From Octopus vulgaris (lineage: Eukaryota): a DNA stretch of 64,000 bases. Positions 1-13,810 of this stretch are shown here, one piece after another. Position 1 is the stretch's first letter. Every line of letters starts with the position of its first letter. The stretch spans positions 48,236,001 through 48,300,000 of the forward strand of contig OX597835.1 of NCBI GenBank assembly GCA_951406725.2, read 5' to 3'. Position numbers and translations under genes: made by a program. A model generated the notes under the pieces. It saw only the letters and a list, made by a program, of their open reading frames with translations, was not told the DNA's origin and ran no database searches.

Positions 1-27
1 AATGACTGAAACAAGTAAAAAAAAAAA
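1..27 (+). mobile_element. 3' tail of tRNA-derived SINE family A
   Basis: AATGACTGAAACAAGTAAAA matches the 3' ends of the fuller copies at 43480-43500 and 63495-63520. Confidence 0.7.
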
Positions 28-903
28 ACACTGCGACTCCCACATAGTCTAATAGAAGTTTTTAGAAATGTATTACCTAAGGTATGATTTGAACACACAA
101 ACCGAAGTTCTAGGCAAAGTCGGTGAGATTTTCATGAAAAGTAAGGATCAAATTCCTCACAGAATGTACGTTATTGTTTCAGGAGGAAAACCCAGTTAAG
201 CAACCTGAAAGGAAAACAAAACACAGGTTGGTCATGGGTAGATTGCCTTTGCTGTTATGTAGGTTCAGTTATATTTGACTGACGCTAAACCCCCGCCACC
301 ACCACCACCATGACCACTACCACTACTATCAAGACTGCAGCAACAACAACAACTAGAACACCGATGGTTGTATCATACTACTTTCACAACCAAATTTGAG
401 TGTATTAATAAAAAGACTTCATAAAAAAAAACCGTCTGTAACTCGTGAGAAAATTGGATCTATAACCAATAAAATAATCAATATATTTCAAACCAGTTCG
501 ATATCTCATAACATATCAATACTGCGGCAACACAATATTTATTTTAATGCAGTATTATAGAAATTATAGAAGTTTTATCCGATCGATTTTCTGCCTTCCG
601 AGAGACAAAAGTTTAAGAAGTATTAGGAGTCCTGAAACTGCAGAGTTTCTCACTGGATACACGTTTAGCGCGTACACACACGTAAAGAAACAGACAGACA
701 CAGCAACACGTGTGGGTGGTGCCTGTGTGTCGGTGTGCATTGTATGTTAAGGTCCTTGGATACAAAAGAGAGAGAAAAAAGTACTCAATACATAAAGTAG
801 AGTATATTCATTTAAGTGGGAGCATTAGATTTCACAGATCCGATATTTTGAACGAAGAGTTTCAATGGAAGTACTGGAAAAGTTTACATATATGTACTGA
901 TAC

Positions 904-993
<90 letters not shown>

Positions 994-1079
994 TGCGTGT
1001 ATGCATGTATGTATGCATGTATCTATCTATCTATCTATATATATATATATATATACATTTTTCCAGAATGAGATAATAA

Positions 1080-1530
1080 ACCAAGATTTTAGAACATTAT
1101 AAAATTGGTCTTACAGCTGTTTCCATGATATTTATTATATCCCTTCATCGGAGCTGGTGTGAGAAGATGGTTAAGCAATAGTTAATTTAGATAAGATACG
1201 AAATAGAGAGTGAAGTGGAGGAATGAAGATAGATGTAAGATATGTAGGGATATAGTATTTGTAGCATTTGCAGAATGGTATACATATAAGATTCCAATAT
1301 CTTGTGAGTTAAATAGAATAGTATTTAAAATGCTACATGCAGCACGGAATTTTATCAGTGAACATATCGCGGTCTCAAAGCGATGAAAATATTTTGACAA
1401 ATTTAAATGTTTTAAATTTTGTGTGTTTCTTAAATGGCTCATAAACGTCTTCCACGCTGCAATTGTTTTTGCTCCAGCACAATATCTCAGATTAGGTCAC
1501 TTGCTATGCAAGTACATCTCCGTAATCATC
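1080..1530 (-). mobile_element. Penelope-like element remnant with degenerate type I hammerhead
   Basis: Minus strand 1107-1152 reads CCGATGA-AGGGATAT-aataa-ATATCATG-GAAAC-AGCT-GTA-AG (hammerhead core, palindromic helix III loop). Upstream MSHLRNTQNLKHLNLSKYFH only weakly resembles PLE GIY-YIG sequence. Confidence 0.55.
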
Positions 1531-1545
1531 TCTATAATGTATATA

Positions 1546-1622
<77 letters not shown>

Positions 1623-1666
1623 TACATATAATAAATAGTAAATAATATATAATGTATATGTGTATA

Positions 1667-1734
<68 letters not shown>

Positions 1735-1924
1735 TTTCTTGGATTTGGTTTTCAAGATTATTTATGTGAGTTCGTGTGTTGAAGCACATGCTGCTGTGCC
1801 TGAAAAGGTTGCAAGACTCAACGAAAATTCTAGAAAAGTAAAGAAGGAAATAAGTGGAAATTTTACCGGTGAGTGTATTAAATTATAAGGCACGAAAAGA
1901 AAATGATTCTCTCCAGACATAACA

Positions 1925-1979
<55 letters not shown>

Positions 1980-2044
1980 CATATATATACGTACATACAT
2001 ATATATACATACATACATACATATATATACATACATACATATAT

Positions 2045-2190
2045 GGGTACATTGCTAACGGTGCAAATAGCATGACATACTTAAACAACGAGAGAACAGG
2101 ACAAGTAAACACAGAGAAAGGACCCTTCATCAGTTGTCGGTTGTCCATGTACTCCGCATTTCGAGCATTGAACGACAATATGAGTATAAT
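2045..2190 (-). ncRNA. Short repeat with a hammerhead-like motif of non-standard strand order
   Basis: Minus strand 2186-2122: TACTC-ATA-TTGTCG-ttcaat-GCTC-GAAA-Tgcg-GAGTA-catggacaac-CGACAA-CTGATGA-A-GGGT. Intact CUGAUGA and GAAA; all three helices can pair. Confidence 0.5.
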
Positions 2191-3746
2191 ATATATACGC
2201 GTACATATATGCATATACATATACACCTGGCCTGTTAGAAGCTCGATGGAAATGCTTACGACTTTGCCAAATTTCATCATATGAAATCTGTGTGAAACTT
2301 CTTTGTTCGGAAACAGTTCTTACTTAAGACAAACCTATCATTCTACATATGTGTGTTTATGCGCGTGAGTGTGTGTACATATATGTGCGTGTGTGTACTT
2401 GTGTGTGTGTGTGTGTGTGTGTGTAAGTGTGTACAGATTTATCCCTAGGATGCAAAAATGGGTGTATATAATTAATGTATGTAGTTATGAGCAACATATA
2501 TTGTAACTTATTGGATTTGAAGTAGATGTTGAGGTATTAGTCTAAGAAATTGGACCCTAAATATGGTTCTGTTTAATCACTACACGAAAACATGAAAGGG
2601 GAACAGCAACAACAACAGTAACAACAACAACAGGTCCAGCTGCAACAACAATAACAACAGCACAACAGTATTCGCGAGTTCTGTTTTCCCTTTAAAGCAT
2701 AAAATTACTGAAACTAAAAAAATATGAAGAAGAAATATTTATACAACATCAACTACAAAACCAGTAACAGCATTAATAATTATGAAAGAAAAAATGTTCT
2801 TTTAATTTTTAATTGCTAGGAAGATTAGTTGATGCGACTGTTAATTAGAGAACGAAAGAGGGAGAGAGAGAGAGAAGAGGGAGAGAGAGAGAGAAAAATG
2901 GGAGGGAGACAGAAACAGAGAATGAAAATGAAAACTATACCGAAATAGAAATTTTATACCTGTATACATACATATACACATATATTTGTGTATATATGTA
3001 TATATATACATACATATATACACAATTATATATATATATATACAATTGTGTATATATGTATGTATGTCTCCTGCTGTATCAACATTTGCCTATCTGTTTA
3101 TGGTTGTGTGTGTGTATGCGCGTGCGTGTGTGTTATAAGGCAGATAGGAGGAGTGAAGCATTGAGAGACACTCGCACACATATACACATATACATATATA
3201 CATATATACACATATACATATATACGCACAAGTTACGTCTTCAAGAAAAGTAGATGAACCCAAGAAGGATTAAATACTTGTAAAGCAAGAAAACACTTAT
3301 TTCGAGGATTAACATCTCAGTTACGCTTTGAAGTATCACTTGTCGGTTGTCTTGCTTCTTTAAATATTAAACAAAATAAACATCACGCATCACACCGTCT
3401 CTTCATCCAACCCTCTTCCCCGTCGTGTAAATATGTTCTCGACACCGATGTCTAACAGATCTGTCACAAGTCTGACCTCCACCAACCCACGAAACTGCTA
3501 ACCTACAATTGCCATCTGGCGACACTGTTACATATTGCCTAATAATTCCAATGCTATCTCCTTCCGCTACCAAGAAAACTCGTTCCAGGAATAAGTACAG
3601 GGGTCCTTTTGCTCAACAAAGCCTTCCAAATCTTCTCCATATTATGGCTGCAGTCCAATGAGAGACAGAAACAAATAACATATTTCCGTGTATATGTATA
3701 TTTCCGTGTATATTTCCGTGTATATTTCCGTGTATATGTACACACA

Positions 3747-3848
3747 GAAGAGACTAAGCTCGAAACGTCGAAGACTTTTCCATTTCTCCGGAGCGTCGAA
3801 CTAAATACACCTGTCTCTCTCTTTTGTTTTCTATACATTTTAACTACG
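3747..3848 (+). mobile_element. Partial PLE-type terminal repeat (family H1) with truncated hammerhead
   Basis: ...GAAGAGACTAAGCTCGAAACGTCGAAGAC...; direct repeat of the 3' part of 3896-4088. Confidence 0.6.
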
Positions 3849-3895
3849 CACACACACAAACACACACACATACACACACACACATGCACACATAT

Positions 3896-4210
<315 letters not shown>

Positions 4211-4212
4211 TC

Positions 4213-4404
4213 AAATTTTGTCATAGGGTAAGAAATTTAAGGGAGAGGTAGGTGGATTACACTGACTCCAGTGTTCAACTGCTACTTATTTTATCGGCCA
4301 CGGAAGAATGAAAGACAGTCGACCTAGGTCGAACGAGAACTCAGAACGTAAAGACGGACGCAATGCCGCCAAGCATTTTGTCCGGTGTACTAACAATTCC
4401 GCCA
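4213..4404 (-). mobile_element. tRNA-derived SINE family B, head interrupted by LINE
   Basis: Aligns to the copy at 44870-45104 (CCAGTGTTCAACTG..ACTTATTTTATCG..AGTCGACCT..GAACTCAGAACGTAAAGACGGACG). Confidence 0.8.
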
Positions 4405-5688
4405 CACCCGTTAAAAGGAGGGCTGGGCATGCCGTGGTTGATGATGCGCAGACACGCGCTGAGACTGCGACATCTCTGGCTCTATGTAGACGACGGTGAA
4501 CAGGTGTGGTCGCCGTTTGTGAGGCACGCTTTCCCGCAGCTCGTCTCCATGACCGAACTGCAGTCGTGGATCAAAAAGAGGCCGAGGAAGGGCGAATGGC
4601 ACCGCGAGTGTCGCGTTGCTCTCAAGCAACTCTGCCGTCCTGGGTCGACCTTGAGTGACTTCAACACAACCAAAGCATTCTATAGGGGTTTAGTGGAGGG
4701 GAGGTACGACGACGAGCTCGGGGCGAACCTGGACGTCGACGAGGAGTACCTGACCCGCCTGTTCCGGACGACTTTCGGGCCAGGGCCCATGGACAACTTC
4801 TAGAGATCCCTGGCCTGGCAGTGCTACCGAGAAGCGCTACCCGTTCGGGATAAGCTCTACAGACACGGCTCGAGAAACACGGGGCCGACCTGCCCGAGAT
4901 GCGGTCAGAGCGACGAAACCGTTCTGCACGCACTCGTGCAGTGTCCAACAATTTCCGACGTGTGGGCTTATGTCGAACAACTGCTGTCACGTGTGGGACG
5001 AGTCGGTTTATCAGCTGAGTCTATCGTCAATATTGTCACGCCTCCTTCCTTCAAACGGGAAGGAAGAGCTATTTTCATCATCCTTGTGGCTATGGCGAAA
5101 GAATGTATCTGGTGGACTCGTCTGAAAGGATTGGAGACAAACACTTTCCTCTCTGGTCAATCTCTCATCAACTTCTTCAAGTACCACTTGAAAAGGAAAG
5201 TGAGAGTAGAGAGGCAAGTTTTGTCTAGCGAATGTTTTAAAAAAAGATGGGTGAATGTAGCAAGAATGGCACGTATGAATGACGAAGCCACCTTGAGCAT
5301 GATCCTATGAACCCAGAAATTGAAAACAGAGAGTTGCTTATTCGCAAAAAAAAAAAAAAAAAAGAAATATAACATGTGACTCCATTGACCGAGGTTACCG
5401 TGGTTTTTTCCGTAGGCTTTTCTTTCCACGGGTAAACCTCACCTGTCCTCCCCTTTACACTTCATATTGACATTTCTGTGATAACGATCCCTATTGATCA
5501 ATTTTTTTTTTTCCTCTCCCACTTTTTTTAACCCCCTTTTTTTTTGTCCTCTTTCTCTCCTTTTACGATCCCTTTTGATCGAAACTCCCCCGTCCTTTTT
5601 TATTTTTTTTTTTAAACCTTCAAAAGAAAAGCTCTACCTTGTAATTTGTTCTATCTGTGTGCAGCCCTGTGTGGCTAATAAAGAAACA

Positions 5689-5690
<2 letters not shown>
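4405..5690 (+). mobile_element. 5'-truncated L1/Tx1-clade non-LTR retrotransposon (ORF2 C-terminus plus 3' UTR)
   Basis: ORFs 4363-4803 and 4936-5310 share a frame. Reading through TAG 4801-4803 gives HPLKGGLGMPWL...GPGPMDNF*RSLAWQCYREALPVRDKL...CPRCGQSDETVLHALVQCP (zf-RVT CCHC knuckle). Stop at 5310, AATAAA at 5677-5682, then (TCTA)n. GC-rich relative to the flanks. Confidence 0.92.
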
Positions 5691-5749
<59 letters not shown>

Positions 5750-5812
5750 GCCTGTCTGTCTGTCTGTCTATCTGACTGACTGACTGTCTGTCTGTCTGTC
5801 TGTCTACCTATA

Positions 5813-5843
<31 letters not shown>

Positions 5844-5899
5844 ATATCTACCCATCCATCCATCAATCCAAGCTGTGTGTATGTTTTGAAATCCTCTTT

Positions 5900-6075
5900 C
5901 CAATCTAAGCGCAAGGCCTGTAGTTGGGTGGGAAAGGAGTGAGGTGTCGATTAAATCGACCGCAGGTGCTGAACTTGTACTTATATCATCGACCCAGAAA
6001 TGAAGAAAAGCTAATTCGACCACGGCGGAATTTGAACTCAGAAGTTTAAGACGCGAAGCATTCTTCGGCATACTA
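5900..6075 (-). mobile_element. SINE family B, degenerate
   Basis: GTCGATTAAATCGAC...TCGACCACGGCGGAATTTGAACTCAGAA matches other B copies. Confidence 0.7.
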
Positions 6076-6153
6076 AGGATAATAATTCTTTGTGCAGAAT
6101 TTAGCAGACAAAGATATCTGCAGAACATCATGATAATAATGATGATGATGATG

Positions 6154-6270
<117 letters not shown>

Positions 6271-6786
6271 GAGTGAGAGAGCAGTGCATACCATCAAAGT
6301 GACACTGGGGTAAAATATACGAAGCCCAATATACCCATCATGACTACCCGTCTGATAAGGGTACACTAGGCAAATGCATCACAACCATACATGCGCGACA
6401 TGGTGATCTCATATCAAGATAAACAGCATATGACTTTGCAGGTAGGGGCCCAGTTAGAATTTTCTTCTGGTCGTGTAGCCTATCCCACTCAAAAGGTCCC
6501 TGAATATGGGTTATTTAAGGATGATGAACAAAATACCCATGTTTCCAGAGGTGAATTATTCAAACCCCAAAGAATCCTTCTCAACACATGGCTATGATGC
6601 TCCCCCACTACTTCTGCTCATGATCAGAGATGCACATATCGTCAGCCACTAAGGGACATGCTCAACTGGTTAAGGCCAAACAACTCACAAGCAAATCTGT
6701 GGTATTGAGCAGAATATTTGCTGTAGCCCATCTTTTATACCAAGACAAAACAAAGTACATGATAACACTTCCAATCAGTTAAGATC
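6271..6786 (-). mobile_element. ~0.55 kb non-coding (AAT)n-associated element, unit 1 (truncated)
   Basis: Highly similar to units 2 and 3; bounded by (ATT)n on both sides; no long ORF. Orientation inferred from an AAT tail. Confidence 0.75.
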
Positions 6787-6816
6787 TTACTATTATTATT
6801 ATTATTATTATTATTA

Positions 6817-6893
<77 letters not shown>

Positions 6894-7408
6894 GAGTGGG
6901 AGAGCAGTGCATACCATCAAAGTGACACTGGGGTAAAATATACGAAGCCCAGTATACCCATCATGACTACCCGTCTGATAAGGGTACACCAGGCACATGC
7001 ATCACAACTATATGTGCGCGACATGGTGATCTCATATCAAGATAAACAGCACATGACATTGCAGGTGGAGCCCAGTTAGAATTTTCTTCAGATCGAGTAA
7101 CCCATCCCGCTCAAAAGGTCCCTGAATAAGGGTTTATTAAGGACGTTGAACTAAACACCCATGTTTTCAGAGGTGAATTATTCAAACCCCAAAGAATCCT
7201 TCTCAACACATGGCTATGATGCTCCCCCATTACTTCTGCTCGTGATCAGAGATGCACATATCGTCAGCCACTAAGGGACATGCTCAACTGGTTAAGGTCA
7301 AACAACTGACAAGCAAATCTGTGGTATTGAGCAGAATATTTGCTGTAGCCCATCTTTTATACCAAGACAAAACAAAGTACATGATAACACTTCCAATCAG
7401 TTAAGATC
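6894..7408 (-). mobile_element. Same element, unit 2 (chimeric)
   Basis: Matches unit 3 over most of its length, but shares unit 1 variants and truncation point at its right end. Confidence 0.75.
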
Positions 7409-7438
7409 TTACTATTATTATTATTATAATTATTATTA

Positions 7439-7503
<65 letters not shown>

Positions 7504-8057
7504 GAGTGGGAGAGCAGTGCATACCATCAAAGTGACACTGGGGTAAAATATACGAAGCCCAGTATACCCATCATGACTACCCGTCTGATAAGGGTACACC
7601 AGGCACATGCATCACAACCATATGTGCGCGACATGGTGATCTCATATCAAGATAAACAGCACATGACCTTGCAGGTGGAGCCCAGTTAGAATTTTCTTCA
7701 GATCGAGTAACCCATCCCGCTCAAAAGGTCCCTGAATAAGGGTTGTTTAAGGACGTTGAACTAAACACCCATGTTTTCAGAGGTGAATTATTCAAACCCC
7801 AAAGAATCCCTCTCAACACATGGCTATGATGCTCCCCCACTACTTCTGCTCGTGATCAGAGATGCACATATCGTCAGCCACTAAGGGACATGCTCAACTG
7901 GTTAAGGTCAAACAACTGACAAGCAAATCTGTGGTATTGAGCAGAATATTTGCTGTAGCCCATCTTTTACACCAAGACAAAACAATGTACATGATAACAC
8001 TTCCAATCAGTTAAGATCAGAAGCCATGAGAGCCACTGCCTGGTACTGCATCAGGGC

Positions 8058-8060
<3 letters not shown>
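7504..8060 (-). mobile_element. Same element, unit 3 (longest)
   Basis: Extends ~40 bp further (AGAAGCCATGAGAGCCACTGCCTGGTACTGCATCAGGGCA) before (ATT)n/(ATC)n. Confidence 0.75.
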
Positions 8061-8105
<45 letters not shown>

Positions 8106-8176
8106 CATCATCATCATCATCATCATCATCATTATTATTATTATTATTATTATCATCATCATCATCATCATCATCA

Positions 8177-8251
<75 letters not shown>

Positions 8252-8427
8252 TTAGCTCTTATGTGTTGAATACCTTCCAAAATAATTAACAACCAATTAT
8301 CAAAACTTATAATGTGCGGAAAACCCTGTGAGACCTCTGACAACAGGCTACTGTCCGCTCTCACAACATCAACTGGAGCAACAAGAGCGAGCGCTCTGAG
8401 AAGTAAAACAATAATAACAATATCAAT

Positions 8428-9481
8428 GCTTTCTTTATTCACCACAATATCTTGGGTACGGTACTGAACAAAACAATGTGGGCTTGGTGTAGAATTAGTA
8501 AAAAAACAGTGATAAAATAAATTATAATGATGAGCTCTCTGCAAAAGAGGGAGTGCTCCCTGGGTTGCTCGTCAAAACCACTCAAAACAAGGGTCACCCT
8601 GAGTACTAGGACAAGTCCTCTCTCCCCATAATTTTCCTTTAATTTACAGATAAATATTTTTTGAGTAGACCCATTCACTCGGAACATTTTTCTAACATTC
8701 ACCCATCTTTTAACAGAGTTGATTGCAGGCAGCACTTCCTTCTCTCTCCTCCTTTCCTTCTCAAGTGAAACTTGAAAATGTTGATAAGGACTCGATCAAT
8801 GAGAAAAGTGCCCGTCCTTCAGTCCTTTCCCTTTGGTCCACCACGCAACTTCCTCTGTTCAGAGTAACAGACAAATAAACACTGCCTGCCCTTCTCGACC
8901 CCAAAGGCGAGGCTGGGTGATCTTCACAGTGTCCGATCAGCAATACTCACAAATCAGCAATACTTGAACACTGGACGAAATTGGTATAATTTCGTTTCTC
9001 TCGGCGTATATCTAGGAAGCCTGGCTGACGGCTCATCCATGAAGGCAGAGTGAACCTCGGACTGACAATCGCCTACCCCTGGTAACACTACCAGGCCAAG
9101 AATTTCTGGAAACTATAGGCCCCAACACGAAAGTCCTCCAGAACAGAGCAGCTGGATGACTCTGACCGATGCCCAGAGTCACCCGAAGAATGTCATCGCA
9201 CTTGTCCGCCACTAATCCTTTATAGATCGCAAAAGAGGAACTTCCACCGACCACATTGCTTGACTGATAGAGTATTGTGAGTGCATGACAATACTCTTGG
9301 TGTCAGGTGCCCTGCCTCTATCTACAGGATGCCAGGCACCCTTCCTTGGTCATCATATATGACTGAAGCTCAGTCAAAGAGATGAACTGCGGAAAAGTGA
9401 GGCTGACCACACTTGCTCTCCACCAAGGAAGCACTAGAGATGTCGCAGCCTACGCATCATTACCCACAGCATTCCCAGCCC
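8428..9481 (-). mobile_element. Degraded L1/Tx1-clade LINE 3' fragment, related subfamily
   Basis: Minus strand GGGCTGGGAATGCTGTGGGTAATGATGCG..GCTGCGACATCTCT aligns to 4420-4477. KRWVNV motif is shared; 3' end GTGGTGAATAAAGAAAG resembles 5671-5687. Confidence 0.8.
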
Positions 9482-9534
<53 letters not shown>

Positions 9535-9684
9535 ACATTTGGCGGATCGCTTGTAATGATGCTCTGGATGGTGTTGGTAGTTGTGGTCGTAGCAGATGGC
9601 AGAGGGGGAGGAGGAAGTGGGGAGAAGAGGATGAGGTGACACTAGAGCTGTCACCAGAATAACGTTAGCAATAAAAGTAGGAGT

Positions 9685-9865
9685 TTGCAGCGCAATTGCT
9701 TGACCTGCGAGAAATAATAGACAATTTCCTTCACATCACACTCAGTCCTCTTTAACAATGGACAATGTAAGTCAAATCTACATAAAACCCGATGGTCTCA
9801 ACTGGGAGGGCCCTAATCATAAAGCTGTTCTATCTTAGGGGCTGACCTAGGGCTAAACAAGAAAC
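9685..9865 (+). mobile_element. Old diverged interspersed repeat (SINE-like tail ...CTGACCTAGGGCTAAACAA)
   Basis: Weak similarity to ~190-290, 38320-38490(-) and 44690-44750(-). Confidence 0.35.
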
Positions 9866-10860
9866 CATCAATAATGATAAACACGATCGCGTGATTAGCA
9901 TCACCCCTTAAATTACTCATTTCCTTTGTCGATGGTGCGTCGAACAATTGCTGATGTCATTGCTACTACTACTTCCACTGTTGTTGCTGACGCTGCAGCT
10001 GCATCGATTGCAGTTGCAACTGCAGACTGCTGCAACTTATTTCTCTGCTGCTGCAACAAATTGCGCAGCTAGAGATTTGCGGTTTGGTGTTAAATATTGT
10101 TCTTCTTATCGCTTATGTTGCCCTTGCTGTTGTTTTTGCTGTTGTTGTTATTTAGTCCTAGCGGAACAGGCCGTCAAACCATACGAAAGATGGTTCCAGA
10201 ACATAACACAATTTGAAGACATTGTGTATATAGTCTTAAAATTTCGTATCCAAGGTTTCCTTTTGGTCTCTCTTTATCTCTTTATCTGGGGGTTTTTTCT
10301 AGCACTCACAGTGACCAGATGAGAGGCTTGTTTCGCTGATGCACAATATTCAAATATTTTGCTACCGCACAATATTCAAATATTTTACGCACAACGATAC
10401 ATAACGATGCTCATTTATGCACAATTACGCATAAATACGACGTGCCATGGATGGGCGGAAACAGTGCATGGAAGTTCAAACTGCTAAACATGGCAGTCGA
10501 ATCAAATTCACATCACATTATACAGAATTAAGAACAAAGGACACATTAATTTAAGACAGGATGGTCACGGCCAATCAATGAACACAAAAAACAACAACAA
10601 CAATGATAATATTAAATGTAATGATATGCAACGATGCACAAATATGTGCAATGTTCATATGATTGCGATAGAAGTTTATTAAAATGAAAAAACATGTTTG
10701 TAGAAGCAACTTCACCTCGAACAGCCGCAACCAACACCAAATAATAATGTTTGAAAAAATTAATTAAAAAAATTAATTGGTCGCCATGTATATACATACA
10801 AACATATATACATATGCGTATATCTAACTATATATATATACATATGTATATATACATATA

Positions 10861-10920
<60 letters not shown>

Positions 10921-11372
10921 TGCATATATATATATATTGTATATGTGCGTATAATTATGTATATATATATCAAACTTTCATCATAAAACAAACTGTTATT
11001 TCATAAAATTTAATTTATTGATGGAATAATTTTTTTAAGCAAGGAGATGAAACGAAACAAAATTTAAAATAGGATAAAATGAAATATGAGGGAGGAGGCA
11101 ACGAAAAGATTGTGGAGGAATTTTTTTGTGCTTTTTTACGTTAATAATGTTGCGATGTCTGGTTATGTTGTGTGGGGTGGGTTTTGAATGCAGGGAGAAT
11201 ATGAAGAGAAAAACCACAACCGGTTAAATACACACACACATACACACATATATGGCGATCAATCAATTTTTTAAAATTAACCTATATATATATGTGTATA
11301 TATATATATGTATATAAATATATATATATATATATATATACGTATATTTGTGTATATGTATACGTACATGAA

Positions 11373-11403
<31 letters not shown>

Positions 11404-11502
11404 GTGTGTATATATATACATATATATACATATATATATATGTATATTTGTGTATATGTATACATACATGCATATATATATATATATAAATATATATATA
11501 TA

Positions 11503-11639
<137 letters not shown>

Positions 11640-11746
11640 TATGCCTGTATTTTAATGATACAAAATATTTCTTCCAGCTTGAAGTTCTGCGTTCAAATCC
11701 CGTCGATATCTCCAGTATTTTACTCTCTCCCACCAAAATTTCAGGC

Positions 11747-11986
<240 letters not shown>

Positions 11987-12419
11987 AACATATATAAATA
12001 CACGCATACCTTAGAACGTAAGCTTAGTGGATCTTATCAACAATACATTTTACGTAGTTCTGGAGTTATCTAATACAGAACTCAGTTAAAGTGGATAGAT
12101 ATATCTATTATAGGAAAAGTGGACAGTCTGCACCAGTGTTTCTAAACCAGCTCTACCTGAACCTTGACAGTTCGCATATACCTTGGCGCTCCACTTAGGG
12201 TTTTGCTGATAAAATTTAGGTTCAATAAGGTGGCAGAATTTCTAAAATACGCAAGATATTTTAACAATTTCTTTTATACAATACCTAATTAAAATTTAAT
12301 TTAAAAAATATAAGATTTTTTAAAGATTGCATGAGAGAGGGAGACAGAGAGAGAGAGAGAGATTGTGTGGTGTGTGTGTGTGTGTGTGTGTGTGTTAAAA
12401 GGAGCGACTCACGGAATGT

Positions 12420-12485
<66 letters not shown>

Positions 12486-12577
12486 AAGGGCAGACGATGG
12501 TGTCTCTTTTAAAAATGAATATACTACCAACACTGAATATGTGTATTGAAACTCGTATGTGTAAAAAACACAAACGC

Positions 12578-12622
<45 letters not shown>

Positions 12623-12631
12623 CGCACATGT

Positions 12632-12662
<31 letters not shown>

Positions 12663-12819
12663 CGCACATGTATACATATATATAACCGTATATATATATA
12701 TAGATATGGACACACACACATATAGGTATAATACATACATACATATACATATATATTAAGTATATGCATAAATGTATGTACATTTCTAAAATTGTATACA
12801 TCATGTGCACATATATGTA

Positions 12820-12921
<102 letters not shown>

Positions 12922-13055
12922 CATATATAAACGTATATGTATATATAAATATATATATATATACATATACATACATATACATACATTTTTCATTTTTCAT
13001 TTTTTACCCTTACCATTCCACATGTATTTTATATTTTCTTTTCGTAACGTATTTC

Positions 13056-13098
<43 letters not shown>

Positions 13099-13309
13099 TG
13101 CATAATATTCATTCCTTAGCCTTTCTTTTTTGTCCCCTACCGCCACCTCACGACTATTGTTTGTGTATTTACGTCCAAGCAATTTTGAAAAGGCTCCCAA
13201 AAGAATGCGCTGGGGTCGATTCGTTTCAACAGAAATTCAAGGCAATGCCCCACCATAGCTGCACTCTAATGAGTAAAGCAAATATAGCCACAATGATTCA
13301 CACATACAG

Positions 13310-13336
13310 TCATACATACATACATACATACATACA

Positions 13337-13370
<34 letters not shown>

Positions 13371-13810
13371 CATGGTGGCTGCCCCCTCGTTATCGAGTAT
13401 GGCCATTGCACGAAGCTTCACTGTTATTGGTGCTGCGATCGAATACATACATACATACATACATACATACACACATACATACATACATACATACATACAT
13501 GCATACATACATACATACATACATACATACATACATACATACATACATACATGCATACATACATACATACATACATACATACATACATACATAAATGCGT
13601 ACATACATACATACATACATACATAACACAAATATACATACATACATTTGTACATGCATGCATACATACATACATACATACATACATACATACATACATA
13701 CATACATACATACATACATACATACATACATACATAACACAAATATACATACATACATTTGTACATGCATGCATACATACATATTTTTCATACATGCATA
13801 CATTCATACA
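13310..13810. repeat. (TACA)n tract with internal ~110 bp duplication and a 70 bp GC-rich insert (13371-13442)
   Basis: ATAACACAAATATACATACATACATTTGTACATGCATG occurs at ~13623 and ~13734. Confidence 0.9.

Noticed and set aside
3680-3738. TATATTTCCGTG repeated four times
   Set aside because: Local slippage minisatellite within TA-rich sequence.
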